The notes beneath the pieces were generated by a model. That model had not been told where the DNA came from. It saw nothing but the letters and a program-made list of their open reading frames with translations, and ran no database searches. Of a DNA stretch of 64,000 nt, positions 22,441 to 34,590 are shown in pieces. Source of the stretch: Malacoraja senta (Eukaryota); contig CM075989.1 in NCBI GenBank assembly GCA_038087875.1, positions 21,950,001 through 22,014,000 of the forward strand, given 5' to 3'. Made by a program: the position numbers and the translations under genes. The stretch's first letter is position 1, and each line of letters opens with the position of its first letter.

Positions 22441-23287
22441 TTTTGTTTCAGTGGACGGATGCACATTGGGGTTTTTTTTTAATTGAAGTTTTAGCAAAAT
22501 TAAGCAAACTTTGAGTTATTTAAAACTACTGTCAGAAGTTGCGACAATTTTCAGACACTATGTGCAACGACTAAACCGAAATCAATAATGATAACAACAA
22601 ATGCTAACTCAAACTCACATTAAAATCTAGCATGATCTCTGGGGTCAATATCAGCACACCTCTGGTCAACACATCTCACAAACTAATCGCAGTGAAAGGC
22701 ATAGTGGCATTCTCATACATGAATTAGAATGTATTTCTACATGGGTGGCATTTAGTGTCAAAGTACAGCTTTACTGGCAAGAAACAAAATCACTTTTCCA
22801 GGTAGGCTTTTTGAGCGGTCTTCAATTTCAATGAGTTAAACTGAAACCTTCACTCTTTATTTATGTAGAAGCCATAAGGTATTAAAAGAGCACACACAGT
22901 AGTTTCCAGAGAAAGATTGACACCGATACGCAAATAAACAAGAAGAAAGTGTTTGCGAACAAGACTGGGTTGACCCGTAAGATGGTGCAGTTCTCCCACA
23001 TTATTTGTGAGAGAAACGTAATCTAATTTGATGCAGTTTAATTCTGAAGTTTAGTGTAGTTTAGATTAATTTAGGTTATTTTGAACTACTGTTCTAGTCT
23101 AGATGAGGAAAGGCCTTGCCAACCTGTCTTGTTACTCACCAAACATGGATAGCCTTCTCTCTCAATTCATTCCCCATCTAATCTCTGTTCACACTTCTGG
23201 ATTGTGGAAACATTCTCAGTCTTGCAAAGCTTCATGAGCTTAATACCCCTCTAAAACCTTCTTATTCATAGACAGGTACATGAATAG

Positions 23288-23409
23288 AAGGGTTTCGGCC
23301 CGAAACGTTGCCTATCTCCTTCGCTCCATAGATGCTGCTGCACCCGCTGAGTTTCTCCAGCATTTTTGTGTACCTTCGATTTTCCAGCATCTGCAGTTCC
23401 TTCTTAAAC
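23288..23409 (+). mobile_element. Short young hammerhead/PLE-terminus insertion
   Basis: Nearly identical to 38098-38221. 10-bp TSD ACATG(A/G)ATAG. Confidence 0.88.
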
Positions 23410-23419
23410 ACATGGATAG

Positions 23420-23828
23420 TTTAATTTAGTTTATTTTTGTTTATTGTCACGTATACCGAGGTACAGTGAAAAGCTTTTGTTATGTGCTAACTAGTCAGCA
23501 GAAAGACAATACATGATTACAATCAAGCCATCCGCAGTGTGCAGATACGTGACAAAGAGAATAACGATTAGTGCGAGATAAAGGTCAGTAAAGTGAAATT
23601 AAAGATAGTCCAAGGATCGGCAATGAGGTAGATAGCAGCTCTGGACTACTCTCTAGTTGTTGGTAGGATAGTTCAGTTGCCTGATAGCAGCTGGGAACAA
23701 ACTGTCCTTGGATCTGGAGGTGTGCGTTTTCACACTTCTGTACTTCTTGCCTGATGAGAGAGGGGAGAAGAGGGAGTGGCCGGGGTGCGACACCTCCTTG
23801 GTTATGCTGGTGGCCTTGCCGAGGCATC
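23420..23828 (-). mobile_element. Rex1 LINE 3' fragment
   Basis: Minus translation CLGKATSITKEVSHPGHSLF...SGKKYRSVKTHTSRSKDSLFPAAIRQLN and Rex1 tail. Confidence 0.88.
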
Positions 23829-24111
23829 GTTAGAGGGATATGGTTGAAACGTGGACAAATGGGACTAGCTGAGATGGTGCATCTTGGTCAGCACGGACGA
23901 GTTGGGCAGAAGGGCCTGCTTCCATGCTGGATGGCTCAATGACTAAGCATCTCTAGTTCTCCAGGACTGAGATGGGTAAACATTTACAAGTTTCTGAATG
24001 AAGGAATTTCTCCAGACCTCAATCTTAAATTACAAAATCTTAAACTGGAAAGGACAGGTTTGGAGGAATATGTGGCAAACACGGGCTGGTGGGACTAGTG
24101 TAACCTGGACA

Positions 24112-24502
24112 TACACAACTGCTGCTTACCCACCACACCACCTCCAGGTCCCTCAGATTCGCCGACTTGGGGTTACTGAACATCCCGCGGTCTAGGCATA
24201 AGCTCAGGAGCGACCGCGCCTTTGCGGTTGCAGCTCCTAGACTGTGGAACAGCATCCCTCTTCCCAACAGAACTGCCCCCTCCATCGACTCCTTTAAGTC
24301 GAGACTTAAAACTCATCTCTACTCCCAAGCCTTTCTTGACGTCCTCTGAGCGAGGGCTATATGTATGTAGTGATGTATGTATTTAATCTATGAACCACTG
24401 TTGTATAATGTTAGTACCTCCACCAATGTAAAACACTTTGGCCAACGAGAGTTGTTTTTTAAATGTGCTATATAAATAAAAGTGACTTGACTTGACTTGA
24501 CT
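24112..24502 (+). mobile_element. L2-clade LINE 3' fragment inserted in a CR1 tail
   Basis: DRAFAVAAPRLWNSIPL...FKSRLKTHLYSQAF, (GACTT)n tail, TGGACAT duplication. Confidence 0.9.
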
Positions 24503-25119
24503 TGGACATGTTGGTCAGTTGGGCCAAAGGGCCTGTTTCCACACTGTATCACTCTATGACACTATGACTGTGCAACCCTTAAACTCAGCTCCATGTTCTG
24601 GACCTTCTGGTCAAAGGAAACAATCTCTCAGTATCCATCCTGTCAATTCCTTTCAACACATTACATGTTTTAATGACATCACGCTATATTCTTTTATACT
24701 CTATCCAGTGTGCACTTAAAACACTACAAACTCAAGATCCATCATAAAGCTGACTGCTCATCCCAGGAAACAAACCAATAGATGAACTCTCCACTTCCTC
24801 CAAGTCTTGAATATCCTTCATGAGTATTTAGACACAATTGTAAACAGTCGAGGTCTCAACAGAACCTGAAAAACTAGCAACACTTAATAAGCTAGACATC
24901 AGAACGAAAATCACAATGTCTCCGCGCTAGACTCCAGGAACTGTAGATGCTGGTATATCAAAAAAGACACAAAGTGCTTGGGTAACTCAACGGGCCAGGC
25001 AGCATATCTGGAGAACATGATAGGCAATGTTTGTAGTCAGGACCTTTCTCCCGAAATGTCCCACCAAAACGCTGCCTGTTCATGTTCTCCAGAGATGCTG
25101 CCTGAAGTTACTCCAGTAT

Positions 25120-25500
25120 TGGCAGCCCTGCCAACAATCTGTCTGTTTTTTCGTTTTTCTTTTTATTTTTTGTGTGTTTTAAAAGTCTGTGTAAATGTTC
25201 TCGGGTTTGTGTTATGTGGGGGGAGGGGGAGGGGGAGGGGGAACCTTTTTTCCAGTTTCTTACCTTGCCGGAGATGCGATTGTTTTCCAGATCGTATCTC
25301 CGGTCACTCTGCGGCCTACCATTGATGGAGCTGGGGGCCTCCTCGGACTAACTTCAGCCCCACTGCAGGGCGTGGACTTAACATCGGACCTGATCCCTTG
25401 CCTGGGATCGCTCCAACTGCAGCCTGCGGACTTTACCATCGTGAGCTCGCAGTCTCGGGAGAGGCTAGTCGGGAGCTCCTACGACGCAGAGGCTTCCACC
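25120..25500 (+). mobile_element. GC-rich non-coding interspersed repeat (related to 56160-56525)
   Basis: AGCCTGCGGACTTTACCATCGTGAGCTCGCAGTCTC matches AGCCTGCGGACTCTAACATCGTGGAGCTCGCGGTCTC at about 56164. Confidence 0.6.
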
Positions 25501-25573
25501 TATTAACCACACCTTGCACCTCAGGTTTCTATTTCTGAATTCCATATTTAGGTTTCAGTTTAGTTTATTGTAA

Positions 25574-25847
25574 GTACACAAAAATGCTGGAGAAACTCAG
25601 CAGCATCTATGGAGCGAAGGAAATAGGCAACGTTTCGGGCCGAAACCCTTCTTCAGACTGACAGGGGGTGGGGAGAAGAAAGGGAAAAAAGGAAAAAAGG
25701 CGGAGGAGGAGCCCGAGGGCTGGGGGAGGGGAGGAGACAACCAGAGGGCTGATGAAGGGGAGGGGACAGCAAGGGCTAGCAGAGTTGAGAGAATTCAATG
25801 TTCAAGCCCCCAGGATGTAGACTGCCCAAGCTTTAACACTTTAACAC
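25574..25847 (-). mobile_element. Penelope 3' fragment (GIY-YIG ORF end plus hammerhead)
   Basis: Near-identical to 37918-38183. 14-bp TSD TTAGTTTATTGTAA at 25560-25573 and 25848-25861. Confidence 0.92.
25626..25661 (-). ncRNA. Minimal type I hammerhead ribozyme motif
   Basis: UCAGU-CUGAAGA-A-GGGU(UUCG)GCCC-GAAACGUU-GCC. Activity not shown. Confidence 0.7.
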
Positions 25848-26227
25848 TTAGTTTATTGTAACGTGTACACTGTACTCAGTATGTTTTAGAAACATAGAAA
25901 CATAGACAATAGGTGCAGGAGTAGGCCATTCGGCCCTTCAAGCCAGCACCGCCATTCAATATGATCATTGCTGATCATCCAAAATCAGTGCCCCATTCCT
26001 GCTTTCTCCCCATATCCCTTGATTCTGTTAGCCTTAAGAGCTCTATGTAACTCTTAAAAGGACCATTGCTTCTGTGGAATTAGACACTATTCCGAGGTAG
26101 AGTGGAAAGCTTTTGTTGCGTGCTATCCAGCCAGCGGAAAGACAATACACGATTACAATCGAGTCATTTACAGAAGCCTAATAAGGGAATAACGTTTATT
26201 ATGGTCAAAGTAAGAAATGTTGCTGTA

Positions 26228-26706
26228 ACATGTCCGAGACACTACATCTTGAAAATATTAGACTTGTCTTGGCAGAAAAACCAGATCATTTTCCCAAGAC
26301 ATGGACACCATTCATTGATTTATTACAAGGATAATATGGTGCAACACAATTTTGGATTTAAATCTAATTACGGGTTGGGTGAGGTGGGTGGGGAGGGATG
26401 AGAGGCAGGTATACCAACACTTTTCTCTCTCTTTTTCTTTTTGTCCTTTTATTTTTTTTTCTCTATTCCTCTGTTCTTTTTTTCTATTATTCCCTCTTTG
26501 GCTACACTACTTTGGTAGTCTAGGAGTTCTATCTTTGCACATCTCACTTCTTCTCTTTCTTGCTTTTTCTCCTTTCTTTTCTTCTAATTCAAAGCTAAAA
26601 AGTTAAAATTGTAGCAGTACAATAACTGTATAATTGTATATGCCGTTGGTTCCATTTTTGTACATTTGCTTCTAATAAATAAATAAATAAAAAATAAATA
26701 AAAAAT
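26228..26706 (+). mobile_element. L1-clade LINE 3' fragment
   Basis: ORF2 end MSETLHLENIRLVLAEKPDHFPKTWTPFIDLLQG*, T-rich 3' UTR, A-rich tail, 13-bp TSD AAATGTTGCTGTA (26215-26227, 26707-26719). Confidence 0.8.
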
Positions 26707-26761
26707 AAATGTTGCTGTAGGAGTAGAGATTTGAGAGTGTGGAGCGATCGTAATGTGAGTT

Positions 26762-27261
26762 AGAAACATAGAAATTAGGTGCAGGAGTAGGCCATTCGGC
26801 CCTTCGAGCCTGCACCGCCATTCAATATGATCATGGCTGATCATCCAACTCAGTATCCTGTACGTGCCTTCTCTCCATACCCTCTGATCCCTTTAGCCAC
26901 AAGGGCCACATCTAACTCCCTCTTAAATATAGCCAATGAACTGGCCTCGACTACCCTCTGTGGCAGAGAGTTCCAGAGATTCACCACTCTCTGTGTGAAA
27001 AAAGTTCTTCTCATCTCGGTTTTAAAGGATTTCCCCTTTATCCTTAAGCTGTGACCCCTTGTCCTGGACTTCCCCAACATCGGGAGCAATCTTCCTGCAT
27101 CTAGCCTGTCCAACACCTTAAGAATTTTGTAAGTTTCTATAAGATCCCCTCTCAATCTCCTAAATTCTAGAGAGTATAAACCAAGTCTATCCAGTCTTTC
27201 TTCATAAGACAGTCCTGACATCCCAGGAATCAGTCTGGTGAACCTTCTCTGCACACCCTCT
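26762..27261 (-). mobile_element. Young CR1 LINE 3' fragment
   Basis: Uninterrupted EGVQRRFTRLIPGMSGLSYEERLDRLGLYSLEFRRLRGDLIETYK...GYGEKARTGY and (TTTCTATG)n tail. Confidence 0.95.
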
Positions 27262-27602
27262 AAGTTAAAATTGTAGCAGTACAATAACCGTATAATTGTA
27301 TATGCCGTTGGTTTTATTTTTGTACATTTGCTTCTAATAAATAAATAAATAAAAAATAAATAAAAAATAAATGTTGCTGTAGGAGTAGAGATTTGAGAGT
27401 GTGGAGCGATCGTAATGTGAGTTTGTAGATCTGCTTCTGTGGCCAACACGCAAATAGTCGCCTGGGTTGGTCGCCATCTTGGGAAGCAGAGCTTTCTTCG
27501 TGACCTCACTGACGATCATTTCCGGGTGAGTTTGCACCAGTTTCCATGGGCGATACACACTGGCACATCTGTCTCCTTCCCAATATCAGTCAAGTTTGTA
27601 AT

Positions 27603-27810
27603 GGTAGACAAAATGCTGGAGTAACTCAGCGGGTCGGGCAGCATTTCTGGAGAAAAAGAATAGGCGACGTTCAGTCTGAAGAAGGGTTCCAACCAAGTCG
27701 AAAAGTCACCCATTCCTTCTCTCCAGAGATGCTGCCTGACATGGTGGGTCACTCTGGCTTTTTGTGTCTATCTTTGCTGTAAACCAGCATCTGCAGTTTC
27801 TTCCTGTACA
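27603..27810. mobile_element. Fold-back Penelope-terminus element
   Basis: Inverted arm, then TCAGTCTGAAGAAGGG..., then direct arm. Confidence 0.85.
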
Positions 27811-27825
27811 TACAATACTCTCTCT

Positions 27826-27966
27826 GGGGTGGGGGACTGCAACCTTCACGTGGTCCACCCTGTTTCGACTAATGCAATCAACCCGACGCGCACAAACAAT
27901 CAGATCAAATAGAACAAGTTGACCCACAACTCTAGACTCTGCACGCCATAAATACGCAAGAAGAAG
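27826..27966 (+). mobile_element. Short retroposon 3' fragment with (AAG)n tail (possibly Vingi/Ingi-type)
   Basis: 12-bp TSD AATACTCTCTCT (27814-27825, 27967-27978). Ends ...ACGCCATAAATACGCAAGAAGAAG. Clade is tentative. Confidence 0.65.
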
Positions 27967-30184
27967 AATACTCTCTCTTTTTCTCTTCAAACTCAGAACA
28001 TGAAACACTGTCCTGAAACAAAACCAAGTCCTGGTGCTGACTGTTGCTATCAGTTTATATCACTTTGACTGAGAGAGTGAGTACATTGGATTCCTACTTT
28101 GCCTGTTAATAAAAGTTAGGACTCTGTCTTCTGTTTCTGGTTCTGTTTGAGGCAAACATTTATAGCTGCCATGCACTGTTCTTGACATCCCTCCCCTTGC
28201 ACCATTAGTATTAGGATCACTCAGTGTTGGTAGTTGCAGTGGAAGGAATCTTGGTTCAGATTCCAGCATAAAGTGTGACATTTGCACTTTGGTTTTCTAC
28301 CGAGGGAGAGTGTGGCAGTTTCAGGCTGTTCTGTGGGGGAGGGCGGGAAGGATTCATCCCTGTTCCACTCAGCTGCAACTCCTACCATCCCCAGAGATGT
28401 CAGTGGGCTGAACAGTCCCCCCCCCCTCTCTATACTGAGAACGTGAGTGTGCGGATGAAGGGAATTAAGCAAGTGGGAGGAGAGGGAAGAGCAGGGAAAT
28501 TAAGCTAACAGAATTGCAGCAATTGCTGGGAAGCACCATTCCCAAGGAATTAGTAATCATCAGAATACTGTCTAATTCCTCAGAAGCAATGGTCCTTTTA
28601 AAACATGCTGAGCCATGTTAAATAATAATTAATGGATGGATTTGTCTGCACTGATAAAACGCTCTGGGAGAACTTATTTTGTAAAATGAAGCAAAAAAAA
28701 AAACATATATCAAAATATTATTGGATGACAACCCTTCAGGCAAAGAAAATATTTTATTTTGTCTCGATAAAATAGATTGGCTTTGCCATGCTATGTGTAA
28801 GCTGGAGCCATATAAAATTATGTTAAGTTTTAATGTTTAAAAGTCATCGGGAATTTCAATGCAATATCATTGCACACTGTGGTGCTGTTTGATTGCTGCA
28901 AAGGGTTTGAATGGATTATGATCTCCCGACAATAGCCCACAGAATAGCTGCTACACTTCTAATTGAAAGTTCCAGTCAACTTCATATAGACTCCTGCCTA
29001 CATGAAAAAAAGTTTTCTGTAGTGTTTAAAGCTGGTTGTTTCTTTGCATCCCCATGTCTTGTCAGAAGTCTCTTTCATTGCACCCAGCATCTGTGACAGT
29101 GAAATCATCTCGCCCTCCAATCTTTCAAGCGTGTAATCACTTTGACTTGAGAAGCACAGATATTTTTCAAAAGAGAAGTTACTGGGTGGTTTTCCACCAC
29201 AAATCCAACATTTTCATTCCCTCCCGCCTGTGAAGATTTCCACAGCGGTAATAATTTTTTAACTCTCCACCTGGATTTCACACTGTGTAACTAAGGAGCG
29301 AAGGGCTTATCTGTGTATCACATTAAATGTTTGTTTTCAATACACATTGTGTAGCCTTCACTAACCAGTTAAAGACCTGCAACTCCCCTCCGAAGACAAA
29401 AGGCACTGCATATTCCAACAGAGAGCTAAGCACCCCTTTCACCATGTCTTACTTTGAATAATTATGAAGGGATTTATTTAAATTAAGACATACCGACCAT
29501 TCAGGTTTAAATCTTGGCACAGGATAAGATAATCGTGTCCATGAGTGTTGGATTAGTCGAATGAAACCAAAGGACTCCTATTCCTTCAGCACAAGAGCGG
29601 TAGAGACCCTGCCCCTTCTTTTTAAAGGCTTTATTTTAAGACCCATAATTGCCTCAAGTATTCTCAAGAGTCCCTGAACCCAGACAGAGTGCGGAAAAAA
29701 TAAAGTCACTGCAGAAATTTTTGTTTTTGTGTTGCATTAAGACAGATAGGGCCAGAAAGCATCCCCTTTCCCGTTACTCAACTTTTTGCAGCCGACACTG
29801 TTTTAAATAGTCAGAGATTTAATTAAACTAATTGATTCCCTTGCATTTTATTAGTCATTGTCATAACGAAGATCTGACCCCGTGGTTACTCACTTAGATT
29901 AGAGTCCGTGAGGGATGTTCTCCGTGAAACAATGATGTAAATTGTGGTGGAGTTAGCCCACTCGTTCACTGTTACAGACTTGCATTAGCTGTAAAGCTGG
30001 GAGGACAACAGACAATGGTAAAAAATAATCTGTCGTGATCTTCAAAATAAACCTAATTGCTTCAATCACAAAATATTCTTGTACTAAAAAAACCCCGAAA
30101 GGTTTATATTTTTTATCTCCGCCTGACAAATATAAAATATAATCTTCGTGTCTTGGAGTACGACTGAGTGCAGATAGTCCATCA

Positions 30185-30725
30185 ATTCATAAGTGATAGG
30201 AGCAGAATTAGTCCATTTGGCCCATCAAGTCTACTCTGCCATTCAATCCTGGCTGATCTATCTCTCCCTCCTAACCCCGCTCTCCTGCCTTCTCCCCACA
30301 ACCCATGACACCCATACTAATCAGGAATCTATCTATCTCTGCGGTGGCGAAACCTCGCAGCGGTGGGGCCTGGCGGAGGCAGCAATGCCTCCTCGCGGGT
30401 CGATCCACGGCCAACGGTCGATGAGAGCGTGGGGGAGGGAGGGCGAAGAACAAAGGACAATGGGGACCCGGTGTGGGGAGACCTTGCGTGGGGAGACCCA
30501 GGGTGTGGGGTGGGGGGGGGTAGAATAAAAGGGGGAGCCGGCGCGCTTTATAACTTTGTCAGCGCCGTAGATGGCCGCTATTTGTATACATAGGGTATGC
30601 AAACAAAGAATCTCACTGTGTCTAGTCACATGCGACAATAAAGTATTCCATTCCATGTTATAAAAATATCCATTGACTTGGCCCTCACAGCCTTCTGTGG
30701 CAATGAATTCCACAGATTCACAGAT
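30185..30725 (-). mobile_element. CR1 3' fragment split by a GC-rich insertion
   Basis: CR1 tail 30185-30341 resumes at about 30660 (AAAATATCCATTGACTTGG). Confidence 0.85.
30342..30656 (+). mobile_element. GC-rich retroposon with the same body as 2608-3223 but a different tail
   Basis: Shared GACAATGGGGACCCGG(C/T)GTGGGG body. Tail AAGAATCTCACTGTG...CACATGCGACAATAAAG(TATTCCATTCC). Confidence 0.7.
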
Positions 30726-31392
30726 AGATATTTCTCCTTGGAGATGGAATTTACTCCCTTTGGAGAAATAGATAATACTGCAAATTGGGACAATCCCAAT
30801 TGACCTGCGATCATGGCAACTTCCTGTTTCTGTTAAGGCATTTAATTAGGGAAGAGAAAGCCAAAGAATCCTGAGCCAATTTGTTGCTGGGGCCAGACAA
30901 TCTTCAGCCAGCTCCGTCCGTGGCCGACCGAAAATAATGTAAAGCCTAGGTGCTGCGGTATCTAGACTTCTCTGGGAGCCCATTGCTTAACCGCCAGGTG
31001 ATTGGCATTATTGAAAGTATGCCAAGATGTCAGGATAAGAGGCCAGAGGTTCAGGATTGGCAAAGGTACGCTTTGGGACAAGCTTCTGAACATGGAGAGT
31101 GATCCACAACTGGAATAAATTATTAGGCATGATAATAATGGGCAGGGTGCTGGACTTGTGGAAGGTAGGCATCCTAGGTGGAGAAATTGTGCATTTCAGG
31201 TTAGTGTGGATCTTGGGACCTGCCCAGAAGTTAAGTTTAGTTTAGTTTAGACAATAGACAATAGACAATTGACAATAGACAATAGGTGCAGGAGTAGGCC
31301 ATTCGGCCCTTCGAGCCAGCACCGCCATTCAATGTGATCATGGCTGATCATCCCCAATCAGTACCCTGTTCCTGCCTTCTCCCCATATCCCT

Positions 31393-31630
31393 TTAGTTTA
31401 GAGATACAGCGTGGAAACAGGCCCTTCGGCCCACCAAGTCCACACCGACTAGCGATTCCCGCACACTCACACTATCCTACACACACGATGGACAATTTAC
31501 ATTTATAGCGAGCCAATTAACCTACAAACCTGTACGTCTTTGGAGCGTGGGAGGAATCTGAAGATCAGATTCAGAGAAAACCCACGCAGGTCACGGGGAG
31601 AACGTACAAACTCCGTACAGACAGCACCCG
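31393..31630 (-). mobile_element. HE1-like V-SINE (5' truncated), adjacent to CR1 tail and PLE terminus fragments
   Basis: Reverse complement of V-domain and tail. Confidence 0.88.
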
Positions 31631-32049
31631 ATTCTTCGGATCCTGACACAAAACGCCACCTATCCATGTTCTCCAGAGATGTTGCCTGACCCGCTGAGTT
31701 ACTCCAGCATTGTATCCTTATGAGTAACTGACTATTTGTTTGCTAATTGTAATCCTTTTGACTCGATCAATTGACATGGTTTAACCTGGAGACTTAATCT
31801 TGGGCTTTCTTCAATCGAGTCAAGGAAACAGCCTATGCTGCCTGAATCAGTGTGTCACATAATCTTTGCCGCAAATTGTACTCATCTCTAGTTCACAATT
31901 ATGGTGACCGCTCCCCAATTTGCCCCCAACTTTTACATCATGCAAGTGAGAAGATGCAGTCGTATATTATTCCAGGATACCTCACATGACTGAGGTGGAC
32001 CATCTAGCTCATCAAATCTAAACCAGCCCTCTCTTAAAAAAACCCAATT

Positions 32050-32260
32050 TGCACAAAGGGTGGCGGGTGTATGCAACGAGTTGCCGGCAGAGGTAGTTGA
32101 GGCTGGTACTATCGTGATGTTTAAGAAATATTTAGACAGGTTTGGAGGGATATGGGTCAAATGCAGGCAGGTGGGACTAGTGTGGATGGGACATGTTGGC
32201 CAGCGTGGGCAAGTTGGGCTGAAGAGCCTGTTTCCACACTGTAAGAATCTATGACCATGA
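32050..32260 (+). mobile_element. CR1 (HER1-like) 3' fragment
   Basis: NELPAEVVEAGTIVMFKKYLDR and tail. Confidence 0.85.
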
Positions 32261-32872
32261 CTTACAAAAAGTCATACAATTGTCCCCCAATTCCATCTCT
32301 CTTTTTCAATTCCCCCAATTCCCAACTCAAATATCACTGTACCTTAATTGAATCTTGAATCTTGAATCTCTTGTTATTCTCCTCCCCTGCATTATTTTAA
32401 TTCTGGAACTATTTATCAACATTATAAGGTCATAAGTGATAGGAGTAGAATTAGGCCATTCGGCCCATCAAGTCTTACTCTGCCATTCATTCTTGGCTGA
32501 TCTATCTCTCCCTCCTAACCCCGTTCTCCTGCCTTCTCCCCATAACCTCTGACATTCTTGTGAGAGCTGTTATTGAGCCTGAAATTATCATCCTTGTGAA
32601 AATACAGAAGAGTCCTAGAATATCAGCTGAGCATTTTTCAGTTGTGGTTTTGATGTCTCTGTATCCATGTAGAATTTGAATCTGTCACTGCCTTCTGCGA
32701 TCATTAGTCCATTGGAAACTCTGCCCAATAAATTGATAGAGTGGACAAAGTAGACTGTAGTAAAGGTGACCCTATTGTAACATCAATGTCATCATTCAAA
32801 TAACCTCCAATGTGATATATTGATATATAACTTATTATCATTACTTTCTTGTTGTTTATTGTACCTATTCCT

Positions 32873-33030
32873 GGGTGGCTCGGTGGCGCAGCGGTAGAGT
32901 TGCTGCCTTGTAGCGCCAGAGGCCCGGGTTCGATCCTGACTACGGGTGCTGTCTGTACGGAGACCGCTGGTGGCCGTGGTTTCGCTAGGCTGAAGGTGCT
33001 GTTTTCGTGCTGTGTCTCGAAACTAAACCA
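32873..33030 (+). mobile_element. Internally deleted V-SINE
   Basis: Intact tRNA head joined directly to the tail, V-domain absent. Confidence 0.8.
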
Positions 33031-33089
33031 TCTCCATAACAGCATAACTAATTAACATTTTATAACGGGACATAATAATAAAGAATGGT

Positions 33090-33367
33090 GAGACATTGGT
33101 GCAGCTGGTAGAGCACTGCCGCCACAACACCGGAGACCCGGGTTCGATCCTGACTACGGGTGCTGTCTGTATGGAATTAGCACATTCTCCCTGTGACCAC
33201 GTGGGTTTCATCCAAGTACTCAGGGTTCCTCTCGCATCCCAAAGACTACAAGTTTGTCGGTTAATTGGCTTCTGGAAATTGTCCCTCGTGTGTAGGATAG
33301 ATCTAGCATATGGGTGATTGGTGGGCCTGTTTCCACATTTTGTCTCTGAGCTAAACTAAACTAAACT
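33090..33367 (+). mobile_element. HE1-like V-SINE
   Basis: Head, V-domain, tail. Confidence 0.88.
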
Positions 33368-33986
33368 ACGGTATTACACAACCTCTCAATTAAACTCAAG
33401 TAACCTTTTACCTTGGAACGATAACCGATAACACAGGGGAGAAAGCTCATTGCATTTTTTTTTTAAGCTGTGGTTTATTATTGATTTATTGTGAGTCTTT
33501 GGTTATTGTGTTATCACAATAATGGTTATTGCTATCATCAGGATCTATCATCACACGTTGAAATGATGTACACTGAAAGCAGCCGCTATACACAAATTTA
33601 TTTTAAGAGGCTTGCACTGCACACTTCCGCTGAAATTGGTCTTGCCACCGCTCAGAATGCAGAAGCTTATTGAAGAGTCACAGGTTGCAACACATTTAAT
33701 GCAATCATATGAATATTTCATGGCCTTTAGAAGATGAGATGAATCCATATTCATACCTTCAGATAATAATATTATTTCTCACATACCTTTTGGTTTATGT
33801 AATATTGGCGCAGATATATTTTGCATTCCTAGCTCAATTCAGCAACCTTGCTGACCTAAGCATGACTTTAAAATTTATTCCAGTTTTAGCTGTACAGCTG
33901 TTGGTCTCTACCCTTGTTCAATAAGTACTGCAAATTCATATTACCCCTATGACAGAAAGTATTTTACCCAGAGCAGGGGAACCATG

Positions 33987-34222
33987 GGGCGGTATAGTGG
34001 CGCAGTGGTAGAGGTACCGCCTTACAGCGCCAGAGAATCGCTTTCGATCCTGACTACCGGTGCTGTCTGTATGGAGTTTGTGCGTTCTCCCTGTGACCTG
34101 TGTAGGTTTTCATCAATATCTTTGGTTTTCTCCCAAAATCCAAAGACATACAGGCTTGTAGAATTGTAAATTGTCCCTAGTGTGTGTAGGGTAGTGTTAA
34201 TGTGCGGGGATCGCTGGTCGGC
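33987..34222 (+). mobile_element. HE1-like V-SINE
   Basis: Head, degenerate V-domain, partial tail. Confidence 0.85.
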
Positions 34223-34279
34223 TAAATTGCTGCTATTTTTATATTCCATGTGCTTCATAGATTATATTCTGCATTGTCT

Positions 34280-34590
34280 ACCAGAGACCCAATTCGATCC
34301 TGACCTCAGATCCTATCTGTACGGAGTTTGCACGTTCTCACTGTGACCGCGTGTGTTTATTTCGGATGCTCCGGTTTCCTCCAACATCCCAAAGACTTGA
34401 ATGTTTGTAGGTTAATTGACCTCCGTAAATGTCTCTAGTGTGTAGGGAGTGGATGAGACAGTGCGATAAGATAGAATTAGTGCGAATGGGAGATTGATGG
34501 TCTGTGTGGGCTTGCTGGGCCGAAGGGTCTGTTTCCATGTTGTTTATATAAATAAAATCTGTTATTATTATTATTATCTCTAAACTAAAC
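34280..34590 (+). mobile_element. V-SINE, divergent subfamily
   Basis: B box, V-domain, GGAGTGGATGAGA body, tail. Confidence 0.82.

Noticed and set aside
26850..27509. 219-aa ORF as a novel fusion protein
   Set aside because: Chance read-through from the antisense L1 tail and flank into a truncated CR1 ORF2
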